Positions 8,188-17,802 of a stretch of DNA of 64,000 nt are shown piece by piece. The DNA lies in contig JAHJCJ010000069.1 of the NCBI GenBank assembly GCA_018812825.1, forward strand, positions 3,825 to 67,824. Direction: 5' to 3'. Made by a program: the position numbers and the translations under genes. Below the pieces are notes generated by a model. That model was not told where the DNA came from, did not search any database, and saw only the letters and a list, made by a program, of their open reading frames with translations. The stretch's first letter is position 1. Every line of letters starts with the position of its first letter. Source of the stretch: Candidatus Omnitrophota bacterium. Lineage in GTDB: Bacteria > Omnitrophota > Gorgyraeia > Gygaellales > Profunditerraquicolaceae.

Positions 8188-10902
8188 TCAACCTGCCTTT
8201 TTAAAACCTACAGCACAAACCTTAAAAGCCGGTGTCTTGGTATAACGATCCAGGGCATTTATGGTCAGCACGTTCACCGGCGCTTCAGCGTAATGTAAAG
8301 GTATAAACACCACTCCCGGCCTTACCCTATCTGTTATCTTTGCTGAAATGGTTATTCCTCCCCGGCGGGAATAAACATATACCAGACCCTTATCTTTTAT
8401 ACCGTGTAGAGAGGCATCCTGCGGATTTATCTCAATATAAGGCGGCCCTGAGAGATCATTTAATCCCTTGGTCTTAGAGGTCATAATAATATGATAATGG
8501 TACAGGTTCCTGCCCGTAGTAAGTAAGAATGGAAAATCCTTATCTGTTTCTTCCGGTAAAGCAGAATGCTTGATAGGATGAAATTTTCCTAATCCCCGGA
8601 TGAATTTATCTTTATGGAGATATTTTGTCCCCGGATGATCAACAGACGTGCACGGCCACTGCAGGCCTTCATCATCTAAACGCGAATAATTTATCCCGCA
8701 AAAAATAGGAGCCAAGGAAGCTATCTCCTGCATAATTTCATTGGGCGCAACAGAACCTAAATCGTACCCCATCCGCTTAGAAACCTCAGCGATAATTTCC
8801 GTATCCAGCCGCGCCTCTGCCGGAGGCTCAACTACCTTGCGCACTCTTTGGATCCTTCGTTCTGTATTGGTAAACGTACCCTCTTTTTCCGCAAAACAGG
8901 TAGCAGGAAACACTACATCAGCCATAGCTGCTGTTTCGGTCAGAAATATTTCCTGCACTACCAAAAATTCCAGCGCCCCAAAGGCCTGCCTAACTCCGCT
9001 CACACAAGCATCTGTCAAGAGAGGATCCATGCCCATGACATACATCGCCTTGACAGCGCCACGGGTGATCTCGTCATACATCTCGGTAAGCATTAAACCT
9101 TTTTTTCCGGAAAGCTTGGCCTTCCAGGTTACGGAAAACTTCTCTTGTACCGCAGGATTATCTACCGCCTGATAACCAGGATAGACATTGGGTAGGGTGG
9201 CCATATCGCAGGCGCCCTGCACATTGTTCTGCCCCCTTAGAGGATTTACCCCGCAGGATTCTCTCCCCACCTTACCACAAAGCATGGCCAGATTCGCCAG
9301 GCTCATCACATTTTCCGTTCCGCAGATATGCTCGGTGATCCCCAGCGTATAGATAATCGTTGATTTGTCGCAGCTGGCGTAGGTTACTGCTGCATCAATA
9401 ATCTTCTGTTTGTCTACACCAGTGATTCCTTCTGCCAATGCCGGAGTATATTCCAGAGCGGTTTCGCGAAATTCCTTAAAACCTTCCGTGCGCGTCTCTA
9501 TGAATTTCTTATCCTCTAAACCGGCCCTTATAATCACCTCCATCATCGCATTAAGCAAAGCAATGTCCGTCCCAGGCTTAAGCTGCAGAAAAACATCGGC
9601 AAACTGCGCGATCTCCGTGTAGCGCGGATCAATCACAATAAGCTTTGCGCCTTTAGCCTTGGCCTTCTTAACCTCCAAACCGATTACCGGATGCGCCTCG
9701 CTAACGTTTGAACCGATAATTAAAATACAATCCGCATCCTTTATCTCGTAAATAGGATTAGTCATAGCGCCACTGCCAAAACTCATCCCTAGGCCGCTTA
9801 CTGAAGGAGCATGGCAAAGCCTTGCGCAGTGGTCAACATTATTTGTGCCGATAGCCGCGCGCATGAATTTCTGAAAAATATAATTATCTTCATTTGTCCC
9901 GCGCGCCGAGGAAACGCCGGCAAAAGAATCTGGGCCGTATGTTGCCTTGATTTCGTTAAAACGTTTAGCCACAAGATTCAGTGCCTCTTCCCAGGTTGCC
10001 GGACGGAATACCTGATTAAGATTATTTTCATTGACCCTGATCAGGCGATCAGGATTAGTGCGGATTAATGGGACCTTAAGGCGCTGACGGCTGGCAACAA
10101 AATCAAGGATCCCAAACCTACCCTTCACACACAGCTGGCCGTTATTAGCCTGGCCATTTTTATCGGGAGTGGCTCTTACGATCTTATTATCTTTTACTTC
10201 AAGATTTATTTGACATCCCACCCCGCAATAAGGACAGACCGTAGTCACGGTCTTTTGAGTATTGTTCGATTCGCGGAAATCCTTTTCAATCAACGCCCCG
10301 GTAGGGCAAACATCTACGCATGCGCCACAGAATTCACAGTTAGAATCCTGCAGTTTTCTATTAAAAGCGGTAGCAGGCAACACGTCTATCCCCCTGTTAA
10401 CAAAATCAACCGCGCCTCTTGACCTTATCTGGTCACAAACACGCACGCACCTTCCGCAGAGTATGCAAAGATTATAATCGCGATCAAAAAACGGCTCGTC
10501 CGCAAAAACCGGTAAGTTTTTCTCGATCGCGGGAAAAGTGAGCTTTTCTACTCCCAGGTAAGCGGCAAGCGCCTGCAACTCGCACCTCAAATCCTTAACA
10601 CAGGTAGTACAAGTCTTGGTATGAGTAGACAAAAGTAACTCAAACACCTTGCGGCGAAGAAGAACGAGCTCTTCGGTATTCGTGCGCACCACCATTTTTT
10701 CTTTAATAACGGTTGCGCAGGACGCCGGGAAACCCTTCATTCCTTCAACCTCTACTATGCATAATCTACAGGCGCCAAAAGGAGCAATACCGGAATAATT
10801 ACACAATGAAGGAATATAGATACCGTTGAGCCGTGCCGCCTCTAGGATCGTCACTCCCTCTTCTACCTGTATCTCTTTTGAATCTATGGTTAATCGTATC
10901 AT
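8188..10902 (-). CDS. fdhF: Mo/W-bis-PGD formate dehydrogenase alpha subunit with N-terminal NuoG-like FeS domains (Cys type)
   Basis: N-terminal 2Fe-2S and 4Fe-4S motifs; CPYCGVGC; active-site CARLCHAPS; PLRGQNNVQG. Confidence 0.94.
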   Translation of the reverse strand: MIRLTIDSKEIQVEEGVTILEAARLNGIYIPSLCNYSGIAPFGACRLCIVEVEGMKGFPASCATVIKEKMVVRTNTEELVLLRRKVFELLLSTHTKTCTTCVKDLRCELQALAAYLGVEKLTFPAIEKNLPVFADEPFFDRDYNLCILCGRCVRVCDQIRSRGAVDFVNRGIDVLPATAFNRKLQDSNCEFCGACVDVCPTGALIEKDFRESNNTQKTVTTVCPYCGVGCQINLEVKDNKIVRATPDKNGQANNGQLCVKGRFGILDFVASRQRLKVPLIRTNPDRLIRVNENNLNQVFRPATWEEALNLVAKRFNEIKATYGPDSFAGVSSARGTNEDNYIFQKFMRAAIGTNNVDHCARLCHAPSVSGLGMSFGSGAMTNPIYEIKDADCILIIGSNVSEAHPVIGLEVKKAKAKGAKLIVIDPRYTEIAQFADVFLQLKPGTDIALLNAMMEVIIRAGLEDKKFIETRTEGFKEFRETALEYTPALAEGITGVDKQKIIDAAVTYASCDKSTIIYTLGITEHICGTENVMSLANLAMLCGKVGRESCGVNPLRGQNNVQGACDMATLPNVYPGYQAVDNPAVQEKFSVTWKAKLSGKKGLMLTEMYDEITRGAVKAMYVMGMDPLLTDACVSGVRQAFGALEFLVVQEIFLTETAAMADVVFPATCFAEKEGTFTNTERRIQRVRKVVEPPAEARLDTEIIAEVSKRMGYDLGSVAPNEIMQEIASLAPIFCGINYSRLDDEGLQWPCTSVDHPGTKYLHKDKFIRGLGKFHPIKHSALPEETDKDFPFLLTTGRNLYHYHIIMTSKTKGLNDLSGPPYIEINPQDASLHGIKDKGLVYVYSRRGGITISAKITDRVRPGVVFIPLHYAEAPVNVLTINALDRYTKTPAFKVCAVGFKKAG

Positions 10903-10905
10903 TTT

Positions 10906-13900
10906 TTATCTGTCTGGCTTACCGATATCACACCTCAGGCATCGCCTGCTTTCTGAAAAAGCTTGTTTGGCAGTATATCCGCATTCAGCCTTAACGCGTT
11001 TCACTTTCTTCTGGTTATCCGTTGGGATATCCGATCTGCGCTTGGCAAAAGATAATACCCGATCAATTACTCCATCTCCTCCCAGATATTTATCTATTGA
11101 ACACGCTGCCTGCCTTCCGTCGGCAATTGCATCTATTACTGAACTCGGCCCGCGCACAAAATCACCTCCGGCATATACGCCGTTTATGTTGGTTGAAAGC
11201 GAGCGCCTGCAAATCTCTTTAATATCAATGCCGAAATCATTCTCCATCTCTTGGCCAATAGCCACAATAATTGTATCTGCCGATAATCTTATCGTGCTCT
11301 CAGGCTGAGCAACAACGCCCCTTCTTCCCGAACGGTCAACCTCAACCAACTGCATCTTTAAACATTCTAACTCTAGCTTTCCGTTAACACCTCCAATGCT
11401 ATGCGGAGAAAGCAGATATGAAATCTTTACCTTTTCCTTGAGCGCCAGTATAACCTCTTCGTTATGGACGGGCATTTCCTTCCTTGTCCTTCTGTAAATA
11501 ATATTGACGTCCTTTGCCCCGCATCTCCTGGCTGTGCGCGCCGCATCTATGGCGACATTTCCGCCGCCGATAACCAGCACTTTTTTACCTATGCGAAACT
11601 TTTTTCCTGAATTTATCTTGCGCAGAAAATCCAATGAATTAACCACTCCTTCTTTGTCAGCACTGGTAATCTTTAATTCTGAATTTTTCTGCCTGCCGCT
11701 AGCCACAAATACCGCGTCAAAACCTTCGGCAAATAATTCCTGCGGATGGTTCATAGTAACATTTGTTTTTATGGTAAAGGCAATTTTGCTTATGTAATTT
11801 ATTTCTTTGCGCAGAATACTTTTGGGTAGCCTGTAATCAGGAATGAGCGAAAGCATGCCTCCGGGTTTTTTCTGCGCCTCAAAAACAACAACCTCATGGC
11901 CTTTGAGGCCCAGAAAATAGGCTGCGGTCAATCCTGCAGGCCCAGCCCCAATTACCGCAACTTTTTTGCCCGTGGAAGGGGATTTATGAATATGCCTCTT
12001 CCATCCTGCGTCATCACATTCAGCTGCAAAACGTTTTAAGTCCCTAATGGCTATCGGTTCCTCCAAATCCTTTCTCAAACATTTCGCCTCGCAAGGATGA
12101 TAACAAACCCTGCCCAATACGCCCGGAAAAGGAACTTTCTCCCTGATCACAGCACATGCCTCAGTAGGCATACCGTCACTGAGCAATCCGACGTAATGAG
12201 GGACATCTATCCCTGCAGGACAGGTATCACAACAAGCAGCTTTGACTAAATCCTGACAAACCAACGCAGGGCATTTCTTATCTAAAATATGCGCGTGATA
12301 ATCTTCAATAAAATATTTAAGCGTAGTTAAGACAGGATTGGCTGCAGTCTGGCCCAAACCGCACAACGAAGCCTGTTTTACGGTTAAGGCAAGCTCTTTG
12401 AGCTGGGATAAGGTGTTCATATCGGCTTTACCCTGCGTGATTTTTTCCAGTATATTCAACAATTGTTTTGTACCCACGCGGCAGGGAGTGCATTTGCCGC
12501 AGGACTCTTTCTGCGTAAAACTTGAGAAATATTTTACCAGATCGACAACACAATTATCCTCATCGATGACAACCATGCCTCCGGAACCCATAATCGCACC
12601 TACACCCGTAAGCGAATCATAATCAATAGGCAAGTCCAATAATTCAGCAGGCAGGCATCCTCCGGAAGGCCCTCCAATTTGGAGCGCCTTGAACCTTTTG
12701 TCGTCTTTTATCCCGCCGCCGATATCATAAATAAGCTGTTTTAAAGTCATACCTAAAGGTATTTCAACTAAACCGGTATTCTTTATTTTACCAGTCAAGC
12801 AGAATGTCTTAGTGCCTTTGCTTTTTTCTGTCCCATACTGAGCAAACCACTCTGCGGAATTCTGCAGTATATGCGAGATATTAGCCAAAGTCTCTGCGTT
12901 ATTGATTACCGTGGGTTTACCCCTATATCCTTTTTCAATCGGAAAGGGCGGCCTAGGACGAGGCATGCCCCTTTTACCCTCAAGAGACGCAATCAGCGCG
13001 GTTTCTTCACCGCAGACAAAGGCACCCGCGCCTTCTTTGATCTGAATATCAAAAGAAAACTGCGACCCCAATATATTCTTACCCAGTAAATTAAATTCCT
13101 GCATTTGTTTAAGCGCGGCCCTTATTATCTCCAATGCCAGGGGGTATTCCGTGCGACAATAAACAAACCCTTCCTGGGCGCCGATGGCAAAACCGGCAAT
13201 AACCATTCCTTCTAAAACGGAATGCGGGTCACTTTCCAAGAGCGTGCGGTTCATAAATGCCCCGGGATCACCTTCATCGGCATTGCAGACTATATATTTA
13301 GACACTGCCTTTTCTTGCCGGCACATCTGCCATTTTAATCCCGTGGGAAAACCCGCCCCTCCTCTGCCGCGTAAACCCGAATTTTTTGCTTCCTCAATAA
13401 CCTTCTCCGGATCAAGAGCCAGCGCTTTATTCAATCCAGAATAACCTCCATGCGCTACATAATGATATAGATCCTGGGGATTTATAAGCCCGCAACGCTT
13501 GAGGATCCTTCTTACCTGAAGTTTCATAAAAGGTATCTCAGATAAGCGCGGGATATTGCCAAAGCCCTTACTACCGACAGTGCCAATAGTCAATCCTCTT
13601 GGCAGATTGCCGCTTGTAATATATTTTATAATTAGGGGGATATTCTTAGGTAAGACACTGCCGAAAGAGACGCGAGGATTTCCTGGCTTAATCACATCTA
13701 CTAAGGGTTCTAAATAACAAAGCCCCGCACAACCAACCGGGATTATGCTGAATTTAATCTTCTTGGCTATGAGCGCTTTTTCTATCTGGCTGCATATTGT
13801 ATCGGCGCCGGCGGATTTACCACAGGTAGCCATACCAAGGAAGACTAAAACCTTATCTGGCTCTTCAATCTTCCTCCAAGTCTCCAGGGCGATTTTTTCT

Positions 13901-13917
13901 AGCTCGGGAAAATTCAT
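10906..13917 (-). CDS. NuoF/HydB-like flavoprotein fused to a GltD/NfnB-like FAD/NAD(P) domain
   Basis: GLRGRGGAGFPTG, NADEGDPGAF, CGEETAL, SCGKCTPCR, CGLG; then C..TCPAG, GRVCYHPCE, GAGPAG, GGGNVAIDAAR, YRRT, RCLRC. Confidence 0.92.
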   Translation of the reverse strand: MNFPELEKIALETWRKIEEPDKVLVFLGMATCGKSAGADTICSQIEKALIAKKIKFSIIPVGCAGLCYLEPLVDVIKPGNPRVSFGSVLPKNIPLIIKYITSGNLPRGLTIGTVGSKGFGNIPRLSEIPFMKLQVRRILKRCGLINPQDLYHYVAHGGYSGLNKALALDPEKVIEEAKNSGLRGRGGAGFPTGLKWQMCRQEKAVSKYIVCNADEGDPGAFMNRTLLESDPHSVLEGMVIAGFAIGAQEGFVYCRTEYPLALEIIRAALKQMQEFNLLGKNILGSQFSFDIQIKEGAGAFVCGEETALIASLEGKRGMPRPRPPFPIEKGYRGKPTVINNAETLANISHILQNSAEWFAQYGTEKSKGTKTFCLTGKIKNTGLVEIPLGMTLKQLIYDIGGGIKDDKRFKALQIGGPSGGCLPAELLDLPIDYDSLTGVGAIMGSGGMVVIDEDNCVVDLVKYFSSFTQKESCGKCTPCRVGTKQLLNILEKITQGKADMNTLSQLKELALTVKQASLCGLGQTAANPVLTTLKYFIEDYHAHILDKKCPALVCQDLVKAACCDTCPAGIDVPHYVGLLSDGMPTEACAVIREKVPFPGVLGRVCYHPCEAKCLRKDLEEPIAIRDLKRFAAECDDAGWKRHIHKSPSTGKKVAVIGAGPAGLTAAYFLGLKGHEVVVFEAQKKPGGMLSLIPDYRLPKSILRKEINYISKIAFTIKTNVTMNHPQELFAEGFDAVFVASGRQKNSELKITSADKEGVVNSLDFLRKINSGKKFRIGKKVLVIGGGNVAIDAARTARRCGAKDVNIIYRRTRKEMPVHNEEVILALKEKVKISYLLSPHSIGGVNGKLELECLKMQLVEVDRSGRRGVVAQPESTIRLSADTIIVAIGQEMENDFGIDIKEICRRSLSTNINGVYAGGDFVRGPSSVIDAIADGRQAACSIDKYLGGDGVIDRVLSFAKRRSDIPTDNQKKVKRVKAECGYTAKQAFSESRRCLRCDIGKPDR

Positions 13918-14333
13918 TTTATTTTTCTCAGAAGCAACAGGGCTTTCTTAGGCGTCGTTCTGCTATAGACCTTACTGTTGATAACAATAATAGGCCCCAA
14001 GGCACAACAGCCAAAACAGGCAACCCGCTCCAACCCAAACTTATTATCGCTGCTTACGCCTCCGCAACCAATACCCAGTTCATTCTCCAATGTCTCAAGG
14101 ACCTTTTCTGCGCCGCGCACATGACAAGCGGTGCCCAAACAAACCTTGATGCAATGTTTAGGCGCAGGGGTAAATCTGAATTGCGTATAGAATGTGGCAA
14201 CGCCGTAAATCTTACTCTTGGATATATCGAACTGGCTGGAGATCCGCGCTATGGCATGCTCAGTGATATATCCGGTATTTGCCTGGACCTCTTGCAATTT
14301 CGATATCAAATTAACCTGTGTTTTTTCGTCCAT
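13914..14333 (-). CDS. NuoE/HydC-like [2Fe-2S] subunit
   Basis: GVATFYTQF, VCLGTACHVRG, ACFGCCALGP. Confidence 0.93.
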   Translation of the reverse strand: MDEKTQVNLISKLQEVQANTGYITEHAIARISSQFDISKSKIYGVATFYTQFRFTPAPKHCIKVCLGTACHVRGAEKVLETLENELGIGCGGVSSDNKFGLERVACFGCCALGPIIVINSKVYSRTTPKKALLLLRKIK

Positions 14334-14921
14334 TTAACTAGATTTTCCTCTGATTATTTCCAAGTCTCTTACGGTGTTGATATTGTAACATAACCACGGT
14401 GACAAAAATAATCTTTCTATCTGTCTCCGGGTTAAGAAAACCGTGCTGATGTATCTAAACAAACCCGAGACCCTCAATTTATTCTCTTTCAATCTGGCTT
14501 TTAAAACGGGAATGCATCTTTTAGAATATATTGCATGGAGATACTGGTATCTTTTATTTATAAAAGGCACGACTGCATCAGTGTTCTTGTCAATCTTTGA
14601 TTTCATATATTTAATTAAAGAGATACTTAAAAAAGGAATATCGCAGGCAGCTATAAAATTGTACCGGCCTTTAGAGCAAAGCAGCCCGGAGTATATCCCC
14701 CCCAGCGGGCCAAGATAAGGCATAATGTCAGTAATAACCTTTACCCCCTTAATGTGTTTAAATTTATCCGGCTTGTTCGTAACAATGATTATTTCTTTAA
14801 AATATCTTCTTAGCAGCCCAAGCTGTATTTCTATCAAATGGCGGCGGTTTATTTTCAGAAAGGCCTTATCCCGGCCGTGCATACGGCTGGCTTTCCCGCC
14901 GGCAAGAATTATCGCAGTCAT
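14334..14921 (-). CDS. mobA: Molybdenum cofactor guanylyltransferase
   Basis: ILAGGKASRM..DKA, GPLGGI, ACDIP, NINT..DL. Confidence 0.93.
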   Translation of the reverse strand: MTAIILAGGKASRMHGRDKAFLKINRRHLIEIQLGLLRRYFKEIIIVTNKPDKFKHIKGVKVITDIMPYLGPLGGIYSGLLCSKGRYNFIAACDIPFLSISLIKYMKSKIDKNTDAVVPFINKRYQYLHAIYSKRCIPVLKARLKENKLRVSGLFRYISTVFLTRRQIERLFLSPWLCYNINTVRDLEIIRGKSS

Positions 14922-14922
14922 A

Positions 14923-16140
14923 TTAGTCTAAGAATCTAACTTTTACCTTTGAGCCCTTCTTAAAGAAAACTTGGCTTTCGCCTAAGATTACCAGGCTGTT
15001 TGCCAAAGACATAGGCTTTAACAAGGCTGAACCTTGCGGACCGGATAACCTGCTTAAGTAACGGCCATTCTGCCATCGAGTCCGTGCCCTTAAGAAATAA
15101 CGCATACCTTTTTTCTTTTGGATATCTTCTTCCAAGACCGCTTCTATCTCAATTTGTCTATCTTGTCTTTGACCGGTCATCTTCAATAAAACAGGGCGCA
15201 CGAATACCTCAAAGCTAATCATTCCGGAAACTGGATTTCCCGGAAGGCCGAAGATAAGTATTTTGCCGATATTGCCGAAAACCAATGGTTTGCCCGGACG
15301 CATAGCTACCTGCCAAAACTTTATCTTTGTCCCGATCTTAGCCAAGACATCTTTGACTAAATCAAACTCTCCTACTGAAACTCCGCCTGAAGTGAGTATT
15401 ATATCGCAATCAAACCCACGCCTAATCTTCTTTTCTAATTGACTGGGGATATCCTTGGCAATCCCTAAGTTCTTGGGGATACACCCGCATTTTACAATCT
15501 GGCTATATAATGTATAAGTATTAGAGCTTCTGACTTTTCCCGGAGCCAATCTTTGGCCTACGCCAACTAACTCATCCCCCGTAGCTAAAATAGCTATTTT
15601 TGGCCTGCGCACTACCTGAATCTTCGGTCTTCCCAGGCTTGCTAATATTCCAATATGACCACAGTTTAGCAGCGTACCCCTGGATATTATTAACTCTCCT
15701 TTTTTAATATCCTCTGCCTTCTTTCTTATATTTTCTCCTGCGGCTAACTCCTTATATACTTCTATCGATTCCCTCGGTTTATTTTGTATCTTCTTTGTAT
15801 ACTCAACCATAATAACGCTGTCAGCGCCTTTTGGAATGGTAGCGCCGGTCATGATTCTAATTGCCTGATTGTGGTCTATTGTCTTTTTGGCTATATCGCC
15901 TGCTTTAATGTCCTCAATCACTTCTAAAACTTTTGCATTATCGCTTGATGCGCAAATAGTATCAGACGACCTGACCGCGAATCCATCCATTGCAGAATTA
16001 TCAAATCCGGGGATATCAGTATCAGAATAAATATCTTCAGCCAAAACTCTTCCTAAGGCACCAGTCAGCCTTACGCTTTCTGATTCAATAGGTTCCACAG
16101 AATCAATAATTTTTTCTAATGCAGCATTAAACTTAATCAT
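14923..16140 (-). CDS. moeA: Molybdopterin molybdotransferase
   Basis: GRVLAED, SAMDGFA, IMTGA, TGDEL, SGGVSVG, PGKP, LPGNPVS. ATG at 16140 preferred over the GTG at 16158. Confidence 0.96.
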   Translation of the reverse strand: MIKFNAALEKIIDSVEPIESESVRLTGALGRVLAEDIYSDTDIPGFDNSAMDGFAVRSSDTICASSDNAKVLEVIEDIKAGDIAKKTIDHNQAIRIMTGATIPKGADSVIMVEYTKKIQNKPRESIEVYKELAAGENIRKKAEDIKKGELIISRGTLLNCGHIGILASLGRPKIQVVRRPKIAILATGDELVGVGQRLAPGKVRSSNTYTLYSQIVKCGCIPKNLGIAKDIPSQLEKKIRRGFDCDIILTSGGVSVGEFDLVKDVLAKIGTKIKFWQVAMRPGKPLVFGNIGKILIFGLPGNPVSGMISFEVFVRPVLLKMTGQRQDRQIEIEAVLEEDIQKKKGMRYFLRARTRWQNGRYLSRLSGPQGSALLKPMSLANSLVILGESQVFFKKGSKVKVRFLD

Positions 16141-16300
16141 GTTTAATAAAAACCACAACTCATTTACAACATTAAATTGGAGGGGAATTAAAATCCGGAG
16201 TTACCCGGAAGAAGTATCTTAACAGTCCAAGTCAGATGGGTTGCATTAGAGAATTAAAGGTTATTTTTTCATACTTATATGTACCAGCGTTTCGGTTTTA

Positions 16301-16699
16301 CTAAGACTCTGCCCCTTTTAATCCAAGTTGCATAAGTAGTTCGGCAATCTTTTCTCCATTATCAACGAATAAAACCAAACATACACCCACTGCTTTTCCG
16401 TCTTTAAATTTAACTGCTTCCGCCCTGCCCTCGCCTACGATCTCCTGAATTGGGCTGTCTATTATCTCAATATCCGCAGGAAGCTCTTTATCGGACTTGT
16501 CTAAACTTACAACCTTAACCCCAACTTTATATTTCTCATAAATAAATTCAGCCAAGCTAAAGGCTAATTTAGCTGGGCCATCAATACAAACAGTATCATT
16601 AATAAGATAATCATCTAATTTCTTAAAATCCTCCTCAGAGTTTAGTAAGACTACCCCTTTTTTCCTGGCTCCGGGTATCTGCGGTAAATTGGGCATCAT
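16301..16699 (-). CDS. Hypothetical protein resembling the central domain of a pyridine nucleotide-disulfide oxidoreductase
   Basis: P.IPG...GV..L...D, then IQEIVGEGRAEAVKFKDG match NirB/Nox-type patterns, but the GxGxxG site reads CIDGPAKL. Confidence 0.6.
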   Translation of the reverse strand: MMPNLPQIPGARKKGVVLLNSEEDFKKLDDYLINDTVCIDGPAKLAFSLAEFIYEKYKVGVKVVSLDKSDKELPADIEIIDSPIQEIVGEGRAEAVKFKDGKAVGVCLVLFVDNGEKIAELLMQLGLKGAES

Positions 16700-16772
16700 A
16701 TGTTTTTATTTAGTGAAATCATTGCACAAAGCGCAAGGGCCCTGCGGGTATTAGTAAACAGGGGTAAACCTT

Positions 16773-17645
16773 TTATATTAATCCACTGGCCTCTAAAACT
16801 CTAGGCACAACTTTATCCCAGCCAATAGACATGATATGGATGCCATTGCACATGGGTTTTAATTCCTTGATTAATCTTGCCGCGATTTCTACGGAAGTGG
16901 CTACTTTGTCTTTAGTTCCTTCCATCTCTTTTATCAGATTATCCGGTACATATACTCCCGCAACATTCTTATTCATATACCTTGCCATGCCGGCTGATTT
17001 TAATAAAACGATGCCAGCCAAAATCGTAGTCTTAAGATGTCTTATCTTGCTTAAGAAATTCTCAAATGTCTTTAAGTCGTAAACGGCTTGTGTTTGGAAA
17101 AAATCCGCTCCTGCTGCTATTTTCTTTTCCATCTTCATAATCTGCGGCTCTAATGGTTCTGAACCCGGATTAACTACTGCTCCCAAGCAGAATTTCGGCA
17201 GTGCTCCGTTTAATTTATTCCCTTTCATATCCAAACCAGATTCTAATTTCCTGGCTACCTGCAATAATTGTACTGAATCTAAATCGAAAACCGGCTTGGC
17301 TTCCGGATGGTCTCCTAAGCTTGGGTGGTCTCCGGTTAAAATTAAAACATTTTCGATTCCTAATGCTGCCGCGGATAATAAATCTGATTGCAGAGCTAGG
17401 CGGTTACGATCACGGCAGGTCAACTGGTAAATTGGCTCAAAGCCTTTTTGCTTAAGTAGGCAACTTACCGCTAAAGATCCCAATCGCATTACTGAACTCT
17501 GTAAATCAGTTACATTTATCGCATCTACCCGGGTACGAATAAGTTCTGCATCTTGAAGCAACTCATTAGTCTCGATCCCCTTGGCCGGGCCGACCTCAGA
17601 GGTAAGTAAAAATTTTCCTGCCTGAATTTTCTCTTTAAATGTCAT
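16773..17645 (-). CDS. metF: Methylenetetrahydrofolate reductase
   Basis: INVTD, TCRDRNR.ALQSDLL, LTGD, FFQTQ, GIHIM. Confidence 0.95.
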   Translation of the reverse strand: MTFKEKIQAGKFLLTSEVGPAKGIETNELLQDAELIRTRVDAINVTDLQSSVMRLGSLAVSCLLKQKGFEPIYQLTCRDRNRLALQSDLLSAAALGIENVLILTGDHPSLGDHPEAKPVFDLDSVQLLQVARKLESGLDMKGNKLNGALPKFCLGAVVNPGSEPLEPQIMKMEKKIAAGADFFQTQAVYDLKTFENFLSKIRHLKTTILAGIVLLKSAGMARYMNKNVAGVYVPDNLIKEMEGTKDKVATSVEIAARLIKELKPMCNGIHIMSIGWDKVVPRVLEASGLI

Positions 17646-17662
17646 TATATTTTAAATCCTAA

Positions 17663-17729
17663 CGCGTCTGCCCTGCCTTATTTCTCGCAGGGTCCCTTGC
17701 TCAAACCAAAATAAACCATCCGCTAAATA
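17663..17729 (-). repeat. Degenerate G.A-mismatch hairpin element (shares end sequences with element B2)
   Basis: Minus strand reads TATTTAGCGGATG...GAGCAAGGGACCCTGCGAG...GGCAGACGC, compared with B2 TATTCAGCGGATG...GGCAGACGC. Confidence 0.5.
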
Positions 17730-17802
17730 TCAATTTCTTAAAATATAAACTTGGTATTCTTTGAGCAGGCATAATCCCGAGAGCAAAATATCAAAATGGC
17801 AC

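Noticed and set aside
9810-9840. Selenocysteine in formate dehydrogenase
   Set aside because: The active site reads CARLCH with a Cys codon; the ORF is uninterrupted.
16141-16300. Moco/Tuco riboswitch or tRNA upstream of moeA
   Set aside because: I could not find the conserved Moco-motif blocks or a cloverleaf with a T-loop; only a small CCGG hairpin is present. An Rfam scan would be decisive.
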